Source of the DNA: Betaproteobacteria bacterium
GTDB lineage: Bacteria; Pseudomonadota; Gammaproteobacteria; Burkholderiales; Burkholderiaceae_D
DNA length: 64,000 nucleotides
Assembly: GCA_025356395.1 (NCBI GenBank)
Contig: JANXTA010000084.1
Span: 14,659 to 78,658, forward strand
Reading direction: 5' to 3'
Of the stretch, positions 39,001-47,258 are shown in pieces; position 1 is the first letter of the stretch; each line of letters begins with the position of its first letter. The notes under the pieces were generated by a model. That model searched no databases. It worked only from the letters and a program-made list of their open reading frames with translations, and was not told the origin of the DNA. The translations under genes and the position numbers were made by a program.

Positions 39001-39303
39001 GTCGCGCCGGTGTGGAAGGAAAGCTTCGGTCAGGTCAGCTCATTCGCGATGAACATGGGGATCCCAGTCATCGGCTACGACGTCGGTGCGATCGCGGAGA
39101 TCGTTGCGAACCCGTCGCTGGTGGCGGCCGCGGGTGACGCCGAGGCGTTGGCAGACATCGCAATCCGCGTGTTGCGGGATCGGCCGCTGCGGCGCGCGGT
39201 GATGGAGGCGAACCAGGCGCGCGCCTCGGGGCTGTTCTCCGTCGAGGCGATGGTGGATCGCTATCGAACGGTCTACAAGCGCTTTGCTCGGCCCGCGGCA
39301 TGA
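36040..39303 (+). CDS. 1087-aa multidomain protein: Zn-ribbon, two class I SAM methyltransferase domains, long coiled coil, C-terminal GT4 glycosyltransferase
   Basis: ATG 36040 (13-nt overlap with wzt). CPVC...C...WRC at the N-terminus. SAM motif I occurs twice (VLDVGCGYGNH, VLDFGCGTGYGS), each followed by an IEHV motif. There is a heptad-like charged helical stretch at about residues 520-692. The GT4-type C-terminus reads HIHYWG..., ESFGQVSSFAMNMGIPVIGYDVGAIAEIV. Confidence 0.75.
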   Translation: MDSIVKSGPANAIGKPRCPVCRSRHVVTLCDVDGYHVWRCPASATDFVWPAPDDEELKRYYDRAGWFEGGERGGYASYDAQTAGSLPMIAEVLDAFADRQAGQYVLDVGCGYGNHLAIAADRGWKCFGVEVSDHARGIASERHSDRMTLVPTIEELVPHEFDLVLMLDMIEHVADPYALFFRLFNRGLIGPKTRLVITTPNARSIDAVEGAGQWQYRHPPSHLVYYSARSLRRLLSNLQFADIQVRGTSPLARKGRRGYEDETLSSNESLQDDAGLLCVANGSRFFGFMQERYVPGTWSKLAEYEHLPRYQFARRFAVDKIVLDFGCGTGYGSRLLADVAQSVVGLDIDRAAIDWATLWHDPARLAFDCRNDLGAGFQSGSFDLVTCFEMIEHVDHATQLETIRNIARLLKADGQLVISTPNPAVTANYGENPYHLREMDEVSFRQLLAPVFAHVSIKRQWIRPSVAIGSIDVGVLNSMVVDFLPAARLYGEPAAYVAICSQAPVDAVDTFLTLDSSADFLLVELRRQQAETALRLERYAMQERSMNAVAQASQQLAEREKLLESIIDKNRGLDEQARQLVEAELQRMASENRQRAEHAKILALLEEKNRGLDAQARQLVEMESNRVEKERLFALQAGDIAGLKDEIAEAHLQLKDEIAKALRLAQDHDTETAVLRGQIASLQERIKELTPWWFKVARRLRRQPVNLDAGSVSTIGIAPPESTAIATAVRPTFAAYTVKQPTLVETHRPRVLHAIANFMTGGSSRLVVDLIERLGGDFEQRIVTSFVPKPPEYLGVDITELPIGTSRDRIAQVVAAFEPALVHIHYWGDCDEPWYREVFAAVARQEIPIVQNVNTPVAPFVDTRSDHVVFVSSYVRETFGSGVESGEVIYPGSDFEHFERRSDLLDNRCVGMVYRLEADKLNASAIDVFIRIAQALPDVVCLIVGGGSLLEPFKASVRAAGCEASFEFTGYVSYEALPALYARMGLFVAPVWKESFGQVSSFAMNMGIPVIGYDVGAIAEIVANPSLVAAAGDAEALADIAIRVLRDRPLRRAVMEANQARASGLFSVEAMVDRYRTVYKRFARPAA
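37741..37908 (+). repeat. Internal duplication inside the coiled-coil segment
   Basis: DKNRGLDEQARQLVEAE (37741-37791) and EKNRGLDAQARQLVEME (37858-37908) are 39 codons apart, and similar at the DNA level as well. Confidence 0.6.
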
Positions 39304-40664
39304 AGATCGCGTTGTTCGTCCACTGTTTCTTCCCCACGCATTTCTACGGGACCGAGACGTACACGCTGCAACTCGCGACGCGATTGCGCGAAGCCGGTCT
39401 CGACGTGTTCGTCGTCTCGGCGATCTTTCCGGGGGAGCCCGGGCAATCGACCCTGGTCGAACGCTACGAAGTCGAGGGCATTCCGGTGTTGTCGTTCGAC
39501 AAGAACGTGATTCCCAACACGCGCATCAAGGACACCTACTACCAGGAAGCCATGCGCGTTCCCTTGAGAACGCTGCTGCTCGAAGAGAAGCCCGACCTGA
39601 TCCACGTCACGCATCTGGTCAACCATACCGCGGTGTTGCTGGAGGTCGCGAAGGAGCTCGGCATTCCGTGCGTCGCGACCTTCACCGATTTCTTTGGCTT
39701 CTGCTACAACAACAAGCTCGAAGGTGCCGACGGCGAGCTGTGCGCGGGTCCGTCATCGAGCCGCCGCAACTGCATGGCCTGTCATCTCAAGGCGGTCGCT
39801 GGTCAGCCCGCCGTGACAAAGCCCGTGCAGTGGGCCGCTCGTGTCGGCGCCAATCCTCTGGGCGCACTGGTTCTCGACAAGGCCCGCAAGCTGAACGCGT
39901 ATCGCCACGGCGAAGTGGATGGATTGGTCGAAGACCTTCGGCAACGACCGGACATACTGGCCGCCTGCTATGCGCACTACCAGGCCGCGATCGCCCCGAC
40001 CCGGTTCCTCGAGCAGGCCTATCGCCGCAACGGCTTCACGAAGCCGATGACACGCTCCTGGTTCGGCGTCGACTTCGATCGTCGGCCCAAGACAGCCAGG
40101 ACTCCTGAAAACCCGGTCGTGTTCGGCTTCATCGGCCAGCTAGCCCCCCACAAGGGAACCGACCTGCTGATCGAAGCGTTCAACCGCTTGCCCGCCGGCC
40201 GCGCGGAGCTGCACATCTATGGTCCGGCCGACCAGGACCCGGCATTCATGAAGCGACTCGAGGCGCTCGCGAAGGGGCGGGCCGTAAGCTTTCTCGGCAC
40301 GTTCGAGCAGCATCGCACCCGAGCCGTCCTCGATACGTTCGATCTGCTGGTGATCCCGTCGCGGTGGTACGAGAACAGCCCTCTCGTGTTGCTCAACGCG
40401 CTAGCCAGTCACACGCCTGTCCTGGTCTCGGATGTGGAAGGACTGACCGAGTTCATCGAAGAAGGCGTCAACGGTTATGCGTTCGAGCGCGGTGACGTCG
40501 GCTCGATCTCCGCCTGCCTGCGGCGCTTCATCGACGACCCGATGCTGGCCACCCGCATGAGCGCGGTAACGTCCTACGAGCGCGACACGAAGGCCACCGC
40601 GGACGACGTGATTGCGCTGTACGAGCAGATCGCTCCGCGGCATTTCTCGATGGCGCAGGCGTGA
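39300..40664 (+). CDS. Family 4 (group 1) glycosyltransferase
   Basis: MKIALFVHCFFPTHFYGTETY N-terminus and the C-terminal EGLTEFIEEGVNGYAF E-x7-E-like region. ATGA overlap with the preceding gene. Confidence 0.75.
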   Translation: MKIALFVHCFFPTHFYGTETYTLQLATRLREAGLDVFVVSAIFPGEPGQSTLVERYEVEGIPVLSFDKNVIPNTRIKDTYYQEAMRVPLRTLLLEEKPDLIHVTHLVNHTAVLLEVAKELGIPCVATFTDFFGFCYNNKLEGADGELCAGPSSSRRNCMACHLKAVAGQPAVTKPVQWAARVGANPLGALVLDKARKLNAYRHGEVDGLVEDLRQRPDILAACYAHYQAAIAPTRFLEQAYRRNGFTKPMTRSWFGVDFDRRPKTARTPENPVVFGFIGQLAPHKGTDLLIEAFNRLPAGRAELHIYGPADQDPAFMKRLEALAKGRAVSFLGTFEQHRTRAVLDTFDLLVIPSRWYENSPLVLLNALASHTPVLVSDVEGLTEFIEEGVNGYAFERGDVGSISACLRRFIDDPMLATRMSAVTSYERDTKATADDVIALYEQIAPRHFSMAQA

Positions 40665-40704
40665 GGCGAGTGCGGTCACGACGCCCTAGCCAAAGCGTGC
40701 TGGA

Positions 40705-41727
40705 TCAACGAACCAGCTTGCGTGACGGCTTGAACACGAGATAGACGACACCGCCGACCACGCTCCAGACCGACGACAGCGCGAAGAAGATCAGCGAGAA
40801 AAGGATGGCGGTTTCCGGGCCGTTACGACTCGCCGCCGCGTGGTCCGTGTTCAACGTGATCAATCCATACACAGCGAACATGAAGACGAAGATGCCTTCG
40901 CGCACGCCGTGCCCGCCGATGCTGATCGGCAAGCTGATGACGCAGGTGGCAACCGTGAAGATCTCGAGCATCTCGATGTAGGTGACCGATAGCCCGATGC
41001 CACGCGCGATGCACCAGCCGGCCGCGATCACCACGAAGGTCAGTGCGAACGCCGCGACGATGGCGCCAAGGGTGTCCTTCCACGCGACGTAGTGCGCCCG
41101 ATAGCCCGTCACGAACAGCGAAGCGATATGCCGCCGAGGTACGCGAGCCCATAGCCGCATCGCCCAGTCCGGACTTCGATGGAAGGGCCACAGGCCGACG
41201 ATGATGGCCGCGAGGACCAGGACGATCGACACCGACACCAGCGTCGACACGACCGAACGCAGTTCGGGATGCTCGGCCATCTCCCGGTATTGCCACGGGA
41301 GAGTCGCTATCGAGGACGCCAGCAAGGCAGCCAGACCCAGGATGCGATCGAGAAGGATCGACAGCGTCGCGTTGGTCCGACGATTCGGTGCGTAAGGCAG
41401 GATCATCAGCGTCTTCACGACGTCGCCACCCACTGCTCCCAACATGAACGCATTGAAGAACTGCGCGATATAGGTCAGCGCGACGCTCGCGCCGAACGGC
41501 ACAGCGATCTTCTGGACGCGCAGGAGGAACCACCAGCGCACGGCCGACATCAGGTAGGCGATCCCGAGCAGACCGCAGGCCACCAGCAACCAGCCTGGTT
41601 TTGCTCGATCGAGCCGCCCCCAGAGGTCGTTCCAGCGAATGGTCGCGACGAAATAGGTGAGGACCAGGACCGTCACGGTGGCGCGCAACCAGGTGCTGCG
41701 CAGTAACCCGATGAGGACCCGCATCAC
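40705..41727 (-). CDS. UPF0104 / lysylphosphatidylglycerol-synthase-TM-region family membrane protein (flippase-like)
   Basis: 340-aa protein with ~8 TM segments. N-terminus LRATVTVLVLTYFVATIRWNDLW...GWLLVACGLLGIAYLMSAVRWWFLL is typical of this family. Last gene of the minus-strand operon. Confidence 0.6.
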   Translation of the reverse strand: MMRVLIGLLRSTWLRATVTVLVLTYFVATIRWNDLWGRLDRAKPGWLLVACGLLGIAYLMSAVRWWFLLRVQKIAVPFGASVALTYIAQFFNAFMLGAVGGDVVKTLMILPYAPNRRTNATLSILLDRILGLAALLASSIATLPWQYREMAEHPELRSVVSTLVSVSIVLVLAAIIVGLWPFHRSPDWAMRLWARVPRRHIASLFVTGYRAHYVAWKDTLGAIVAAFALTFVVIAAGWCIARGIGLSVTYIEMLEIFTVATCVISLPISIGGHGVREGIFVFMFAVYGLITLNTDHAAASRNGPETAILFSLIFFALSSVWSVVGGVVYLVFKPSRKLVR

Positions 41728-41776
41728 TCCCGGAACCGTGCGCTGGCTACCAGGCGGTGAACTCTCCGCGCTGCGC

Positions 41777-43342
41777 TCATGCGCGAGCGGGCTTGGGCCG
41801 CGCTGCGTAGAGCAACTGATAGCCGAAGAACGCGGGGAACAGTCGCGTAAGTACCGCGAGGGTGCTGTTGGCCAGCTTCATCAACGGACTGGAAGGCGAC
41901 AAGCCGAACGCTAACTCGATCGGAATCACGCTCGCCTTCTGTTGAAGGATCTCGTAGCCGGCGGCCTCGATAAATCGTCGCGCGCTCGACTTCGTGAAGA
42001 ATCGGACATGCGTGCGGTCGAGGATGCCGCGCTCCTGGTATTCGAAGCGGCCGAACAGCAGGGACAGACGGACCGTGACGTTCGCGACATTCGGGACGGA
42101 GATCAGGACCTGGCCCGCATTGTTCAGCAGCTGCTTGCACTGCAGAAGGACGTTCTCAGGGTTGCGAACGTGCTCGAGAATGTCCTGCAGCAAGATGCGG
42201 TCGAAGCGATGCGTGGCGAGCCGCATCATCACCGCCTCCGAGAACCCCTCGTCGAGATCCGCCTGCACGAAGTCGAGCATCAGGTTGGCGTTGCGCGACG
42301 TAGGGATCATGTCGACGCCGACCACCCGATTGCCCGCCTCCACGACATCGCTGGAGAAGAACCCTTCGCCGCAACCGACGTCGAGCACGGTCTTGTTGCT
42401 GCCGATCCAGCGCTTGAAGTATTCGTAGCTCGATCGCCGGCTTTCCTTCACCGGATAGTGGACGAAGTACTCCTTGTATTCGGGGTACACCGCGAGCGAC
42501 TTCGCGGTCTGCCGATAGCGGTAGACCGACAGGAAGACGTCCTGCGCATAACGCACCCCGTCGACGTAGCAGATCTCGTCGCCGTAATAGGTCGGGATGG
42601 GTACCTCGATGATCTTGTAGCCCTGGTGATGCAGCTTGATGATGATCTGCGTGTCGAAATGGAACACGTTCGTCATCTCGGAAAAATCGATGTGCTGCAG
42701 GGCATGCAGGTCATAGGCGCGGTAGCCGCTATGGAACTCGGTCAGCGTCAGGCCGAGCGCCTTGTTCTCGACGTAGGTGAGGATCTTGTTGCCCACTAGC
42801 TTGTAGAGCGGCATGCCGCCCTTCAGCGGCCCCCCGTAGGTGGACATCATTCGAGAACCGAATACGGCATGTGCCTCGCCGGCCACGAGCGGCGCATACA
42901 TGCTGGCCAGGATCTCGGGTGCGTACTGCCCGTCTCCATGCAGCAGGACCGCGATGTCGAAGCCCTTGGCCGCGAAGTAGTCGTAGCCAGCCTTCTGGTT
43001 CCCGCCGTAGCCGAGGTTCTTCTCGTTCTTGATGACGGTCAGCTTCTCCAGGTTCGACAGCACCTTGAGACCCATCGCCATCTGATAGGTATGGTCCCGG
43101 CTCGCGTCGTCGAAGATCACGACTTCTTCGACCTGTTCCCAGACGTCCGTCGGGATGCGCTCGAGCACCTTGGCGATCGTGGAGACCGCGTTGTAGGCGA
43201 CGATCAGGATGCCGATGCGCTTGCCGCGGGCGTCGCAGATCTCAACGCGCGGTGTGGAATACAGCTTGCTACGTACCAGCCCGGTCTCGGTTATCGCGCT
43301 ATCTAGGTGGAACGAGGAAGAGTTGATCAGCTTATCGGACAA
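41777..43342 (-). CDS. Fusion of a DPM1-like GT2 (putative polyprenyl-phosphate glycosyltransferase) and a class I SAM methyltransferase
   Basis: GT2 part: GILIVAYNAVSTIAKVL, VVIFDDASRD, VLLHGDGQY. C-terminal part: VLDVGCGEGFF, ILLQDILEHV. No obvious TM hairpin. Confidence 0.75.
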   Translation of the reverse strand: MSDKLINSSSFHLDSAITETGLVRSKLYSTPRVEICDARGKRIGILIVAYNAVSTIAKVLERIPTDVWEQVEEVVIFDDASRDHTYQMAMGLKVLSNLEKLTVIKNEKNLGYGGNQKAGYDYFAAKGFDIAVLLHGDGQYAPEILASMYAPLVAGEAHAVFGSRMMSTYGGPLKGGMPLYKLVGNKILTYVENKALGLTLTEFHSGYRAYDLHALQHIDFSEMTNVFHFDTQIIIKLHHQGYKIIEVPIPTYYGDEICYVDGVRYAQDVFLSVYRYRQTAKSLAVYPEYKEYFVHYPVKESRRSSYEYFKRWIGSNKTVLDVGCGEGFFSSDVVEAGNRVVGVDMIPTSRNANLMLDFVQADLDEGFSEAVMMRLATHRFDRILLQDILEHVRNPENVLLQCKQLLNNAGQVLISVPNVANVTVRLSLLFGRFEYQERGILDRTHVRFFTKSSARRFIEAAGYEILQQKASVIPIELAFGLSPSSPLMKLANSTLAVLTRLFPAFFGYQLLYAARPKPARA

Positions 43343-43397
43343 GACCGCAGTCTCCTACAAGGTCTGCCGAAAACGACAAAGACCGTTACAGCATCGG

Positions 43398-45761
43398 CTA
43401 TTTTGCAATGCTAGATGGTTGGCGCTCTACGGGTGGCAACGGCAGGAGAACACGGACGTCACCCCAGTCTCTCGGGCCGCGATCGGCCCGGAGAATTGTC
43501 TCACCTTTACCTCGATACAGACCGATCGCAACCTGCGTGACGTCGTCCGGCGGCGTGAAGGACGTCGTCACATAGCGGCTCGCGGTCGGGACCGGCGAAG
43601 GTTCGAGTGGGCCGAGCGCGATGTCGCGATCGACAATAGGGTTGCCCCGAGCGTCGGTCAGATGTACGAGCACGGCCCAGTCGTCGTCGGCGACGTGCGG
43701 CCGCAGCCAAAGATTCAACGTGACGCGTCCGTTACGATCCCGCATCAGTCCGGCGCCCCGCATCGTGAACAAGGCTTCGAACTCGATGTCTTGCACGTGA
43801 CCCTTGAGGTCGGCGAGAGCCGCTTCAACCTGGTCATCGGTCCACCACCGCTGCGGATTCGCGGCCGAAAAGACGGCGCGCCATCGATGAGTCGCAATCA
43901 GCCACTCGAACGATGCCGTGAGTCGTGCGTGGTTATCGACGCGCAGCAATCGTGAATGGGGAGCACTCGCCACCACAACGATCCCTTCGTTGGCCCCCAG
44001 CGATGCGGCCCAGTGCCGGACGACACCCGCTTCGACTTGGAATGTTGCCACGTCGGCGGTATCGACGAGCGCCAACGAAGGATCGAACAGGAGATAGTCG
44101 GAGCCGACGATTTCGTCGCGGCGGTAAGCAGACGGTCGCTGCCAGTCGATTGGTCGCTTTACCTCGAATCGTGGCGTCGCGGCAACGAGGGATTGCGCAT
44201 TGAATACCGCGTCAAACATCGCATCGTTTGCATCAAGATCAATCGCATAAACGGTCACCGTTGTAGATGCGCCGGTCGCACCGTGCGCTACGAGCGAACG
44301 CGCCTGTTCAAGGCCGGCCAGGTCGATCCCCGAACGGACGTTGACGCCGCTCGCGCTCTGCCATATGGCAGCGGGGTCCGGCAGTGCCAGCAGAACTGTC
44401 GTGTTGGCAATGCCCACGGCCATCCACGATGCGATCGCCCGCTTCATCGGACGCGGCGCCGCTGCCGTGGCGCGCATTAGCGGCGGCAGCGCGACCATCA
44501 TCGCAACGTACAGGAACGGCGGGAAGTAGCGGACCTGCGTTTGGCCGCCCGACCCGAACAACCAGAACCAGACGCCGATCGCTGTGACCGCGAGCGCCAT
44601 CGCGATGAGTTGCCATTCGCTGCGCTTCGCAATTGTCCTGTCTAGGCGCCACACGATGACGGTCGCGGCGATCCCGATCGGGAAGAATGGTCCGAGCGCG
44701 TGATAGGTAATCTGGAGCAACTCAGCAAAAGGTGGACGCAGCTCCGCGCGCATCACCTGCACTGCTGCCTGTCCGTACATGAGATTGCCCGCGTCGAGAT
44801 ACGCCACGCGTGTCGCCAGAAGCACGGCGCCGCCAATCACGGCAATGTGCGCGAACACAACGAGCGTGGCCGCCTTCACCACTGCGCCACGCTCTCGACG
44901 GTCTGCGCGGCCGGTGCAGATAGTCCAGCCGACTATCGCAATCGCCGCGACGAGCGCAGCGAGCGGCACGCCAGTCGGTTTGACGAAGATGCCGAACGAC
45001 GCGACCAGGGCCGACGCGAGTCCCCAGGCTACACGTCTGTCCACCACGCTGCGGACCGCACAAGCGCTCGCGAGCGAAGCGACCGCGGTCATGAACCCGT
45101 CAACGAATCCCCATTGCGGCAGACCGATCTTCGCGCCGTCGTAGAGGTCGAACTGGAAGAAGATCGGCAACGTCGCAAGGAAAGCGGCGACGATCGGTGA
45201 CGCCGCTCGGGCTGCGGGCGGCAGGCTTCGGCTCCTTCCAACCACGAGTGTCGCGATGAAGACCAGTACGAGCGGCACAAAGACGGAGCGGAAATAGAAC
45301 GCATGCACATCGGGCTGGAAACCCCAGGGATACGACATCGCAACGGTTCCGATCGGTCTGAACGTCGGTTCGACCGACTGCAGCACGCCGAGCTCGATAC
45401 GACCCGCTTCGATCGCAGCCCATACGTTCCGCGCTTTCAGGTAATAAGTAAACGCGTCGTAGGAAGGCGGCTGCACGGTCGCATGTGCGTGCATCCACAC
45501 GAACGCGCCCACCAGCGCGAGCCACGCAAAGCCTGCCGCGAGTCCGGAGTTGCGCGAGAGACGCGGCCGCGCACTCACAAGCGCGCGTGGGTGATCGACG
45601 CCTTGGCGGATCGAGTCAAGTGCGTAATGCGCCAGGCTAAGCGCGCAGCAAGCCAGCGTTGCGCAGATCGCGCAAGACACTGTCGATGAGATCGGACAGC
45701 TTCGAACGTATGAACGGCGGCGCCAAACTGCTCGCGCCGTCATTGAACTTGAATTCACCAC
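43398..45761 (-). CDS. GT-C-like polytopic membrane protein with large C-terminal periplasmic domain, paralog 1
   Basis: Multiple hydrophobic segments. It shares the motifs PPSYDAFTYY, FRPIGTVAMSYPWGF, GFVDGF, VKPTG and GGQTQVRYFPPF with 47259..49505 and 49474..51768. The start is uncertain: the track start overlaps the upstream gene by 125 nt, and an in-frame GTG lies at 45578. Confidence 0.6.
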   Translation of the reverse strand: MVNSSSMTARAVWRRRSYVRSCPISSTVSCAICATLACCALSLAHYALDSIRQGVDHPRALVSARPRLSRNSGLAAGFAWLALVGAFVWMHAHATVQPPSYDAFTYYLKARNVWAAIEAGRIELGVLQSVEPTFRPIGTVAMSYPWGFQPDVHAFYFRSVFVPLVLVFIATLVVGRSRSLPPAARAASPIVAAFLATLPIFFQFDLYDGAKIGLPQWGFVDGFMTAVASLASACAVRSVVDRRVAWGLASALVASFGIFVKPTGVPLAALVAAIAIVGWTICTGRADRRERGAVVKAATLVVFAHIAVIGGAVLLATRVAYLDAGNLMYGQAAVQVMRAELRPPFAELLQITYHALGPFFPIGIAATVIVWRLDRTIAKRSEWQLIAMALAVTAIGVWFWLFGSGGQTQVRYFPPFLYVAMMVALPPLMRATAAAPRPMKRAIASWMAVGIANTTVLLALPDPAAIWQSASGVNVRSGIDLAGLEQARSLVAHGATGASTTVTVYAIDLDANDAMFDAVFNAQSLVAATPRFEVKRPIDWQRPSAYRRDEIVGSDYLLFDPSLALVDTADVATFQVEAGVVRHWAASLGANEGIVVVASAPHSRLLRVDNHARLTASFEWLIATHRWRAVFSAANPQRWWTDDQVEAALADLKGHVQDIEFEALFTMRGAGLMRDRNGRVTLNLWLRPHVADDDWAVLVHLTDARGNPIVDRDIALGPLEPSPVPTASRYVTTSFTPPDDVTQVAIGLYRGKGETILRADRGPRDWGDVRVLLPLPPVERQPSSIAK

Positions 45762-47187
45762 GCTGATGCGATTCGAACAGCGCCTGCACGAAATCCTGCT
45801 TTGCCCGCGTGCCGTCCATCAAGGTCAGCAGCTTCAGATGGAGGTGATCCATCGTCGAGCCCTGGTGTCCCTTGACGGTGACGACGGAACCGAACTGCGC
45901 TTCCGCGCGAGCCGCGCGAGAAACCTTCGGTCGCTCGTCGATAACGTTGTAGTCGACCAGCGGCGGGTCGATCACCAGCCGCAGGAGACCCCCACTGAAG
46001 GCCTCGATGATGCGCGACAGGAGCGTACCGCGCCATTCGCCGTCCGAAAATGGCAGATCGACACGGGGAACGCCGGCGACCACGTCCTCGACTTTGGCGG
46101 TCATCGGCAGCATTTCGGCAAGGAACCTGAGGAGGCTTTTGAGGACTGGATCGGTGGTTTCGACCTGCTGGCCCTGGATCGTCGATAACTTCAGGAGGCC
46201 GTTGTCCGGCCGAAACTCGGAGATCGCCACGCTACTCACGAAGGTCGGAAAGACGTAGAGCGGCGCGAGACGTTCCGTATCGATCTGTCGATTGATCGGT
46301 GCGGTTGAATGCACGAGCAGGCTCTGCCGAAATGTCCGCGCGCGCAGGAAGTCGAGATACTGCTCGTACTCGACGAAGTTCTTCGCCAGCTTGCCAATGA
46401 TGCCGACGACTTCCGGCGCCAGAAAATTCGTCAACATTGCGCTCAGCTCGACCTCCGCAAGGTATTCTAGTCCATGGACGTGAACGCGATTGACGAACTC
46501 GTGGAATTGAACCGCCTCGTTCTCGCGTTCGAGATATTCGTGCGTGAGGTAGTAGTCCTGAAACTTTGATAGCCGCGTCGAGGTCTCCCGCAACAGCTGG
46601 CCGTAAGGCGTATCGGCAGGGCTGTACTTCGAGAGGAATTCGAGGATCGCGCGAGCGTGCGGGACCTTCTCGGCCTCGGGCATGTCGCGCGTATGGAACA
46701 ACATCACGTCCCGCACGATGCCCGCGAGATTCCACCCGGGCAACACGTTGTAGCTGACGTATGCAACGCCGTTGTCAACGAGATTGCGCGAACAGACCCG
46801 AAGCAGCGCATCTTGCATGTCCTTCGGAATCCACGAATAGACCCCGTGCGCGATGATGTAGTCGAACTTGCCATCGGCGTCCGTGATATCGCCGATCGAT
46901 CGATGTGCGAGTTCAAGATTCCGCAGGCCGCACGCGGCAACGCGTGTGCGACCGGTCGCGATCTGCTTGGCCGAGTAGTCGATGCCGACGAAATGCGCGT
47001 CGGGATACCCCTCGGCCATCGCGAGCAGATTGTTCCCGGTCGCACAACCGAGCTCGAGGATTCGCGCGCCGTACAGGCTCGGCGGCTTCAAACCCATCAG
47101 ATAGGCCATTGTGGCCAAGCGCGTCGGATGCGTATGCGTGTGGGCTGACGCCTCGTAGGCGATCGAATCGTATGAAGCGGAGGACAT
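45637..47187 (-). CDS. SAM-dependent methyltransferase with C-terminal predicted methyltransferase regulatory domain
   Basis: N-terminus SYDSIAYEASAHTHTHPTRLATMAYLMGLKPPSLYGARILELGCATGNNLLAMAEGYPDAHFVGIDYS is characteristic of the family carrying the MethyTransf_Reg domain. 516 aa. Confidence 0.75.
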   Translation of the reverse strand: MSSASYDSIAYEASAHTHTHPTRLATMAYLMGLKPPSLYGARILELGCATGNNLLAMAEGYPDAHFVGIDYSAKQIATGRTRVAACGLRNLELAHRSIGDITDADGKFDYIIAHGVYSWIPKDMQDALLRVCSRNLVDNGVAYVSYNVLPGWNLAGIVRDVMLFHTRDMPEAEKVPHARAILEFLSKYSPADTPYGQLLRETSTRLSKFQDYYLTHEYLERENEAVQFHEFVNRVHVHGLEYLAEVELSAMLTNFLAPEVVGIIGKLAKNFVEYEQYLDFLRARTFRQSLLVHSTAPINRQIDTERLAPLYVFPTFVSSVAISEFRPDNGLLKLSTIQGQQVETTDPVLKSLLRFLAEMLPMTAKVEDVVAGVPRVDLPFSDGEWRGTLLSRIIEAFSGGLLRLVIDPPLVDYNVIDERPKVSRAARAEAQFGSVVTVKGHQGSTMDHLHLKLLTLMDGTRAKQDFVQALFESHQRGEFKFNDGASSLAPPFIRSKLSDLIDSVLRDLRNAGLLRA

Positions 47188-47258
47188 GGTCGACTGGAAG
47201 TTGAGCGCGATCTCGTTCGTCGCGCCGCCGAATTATACGAGGGCCTCTCAACGCTTGT

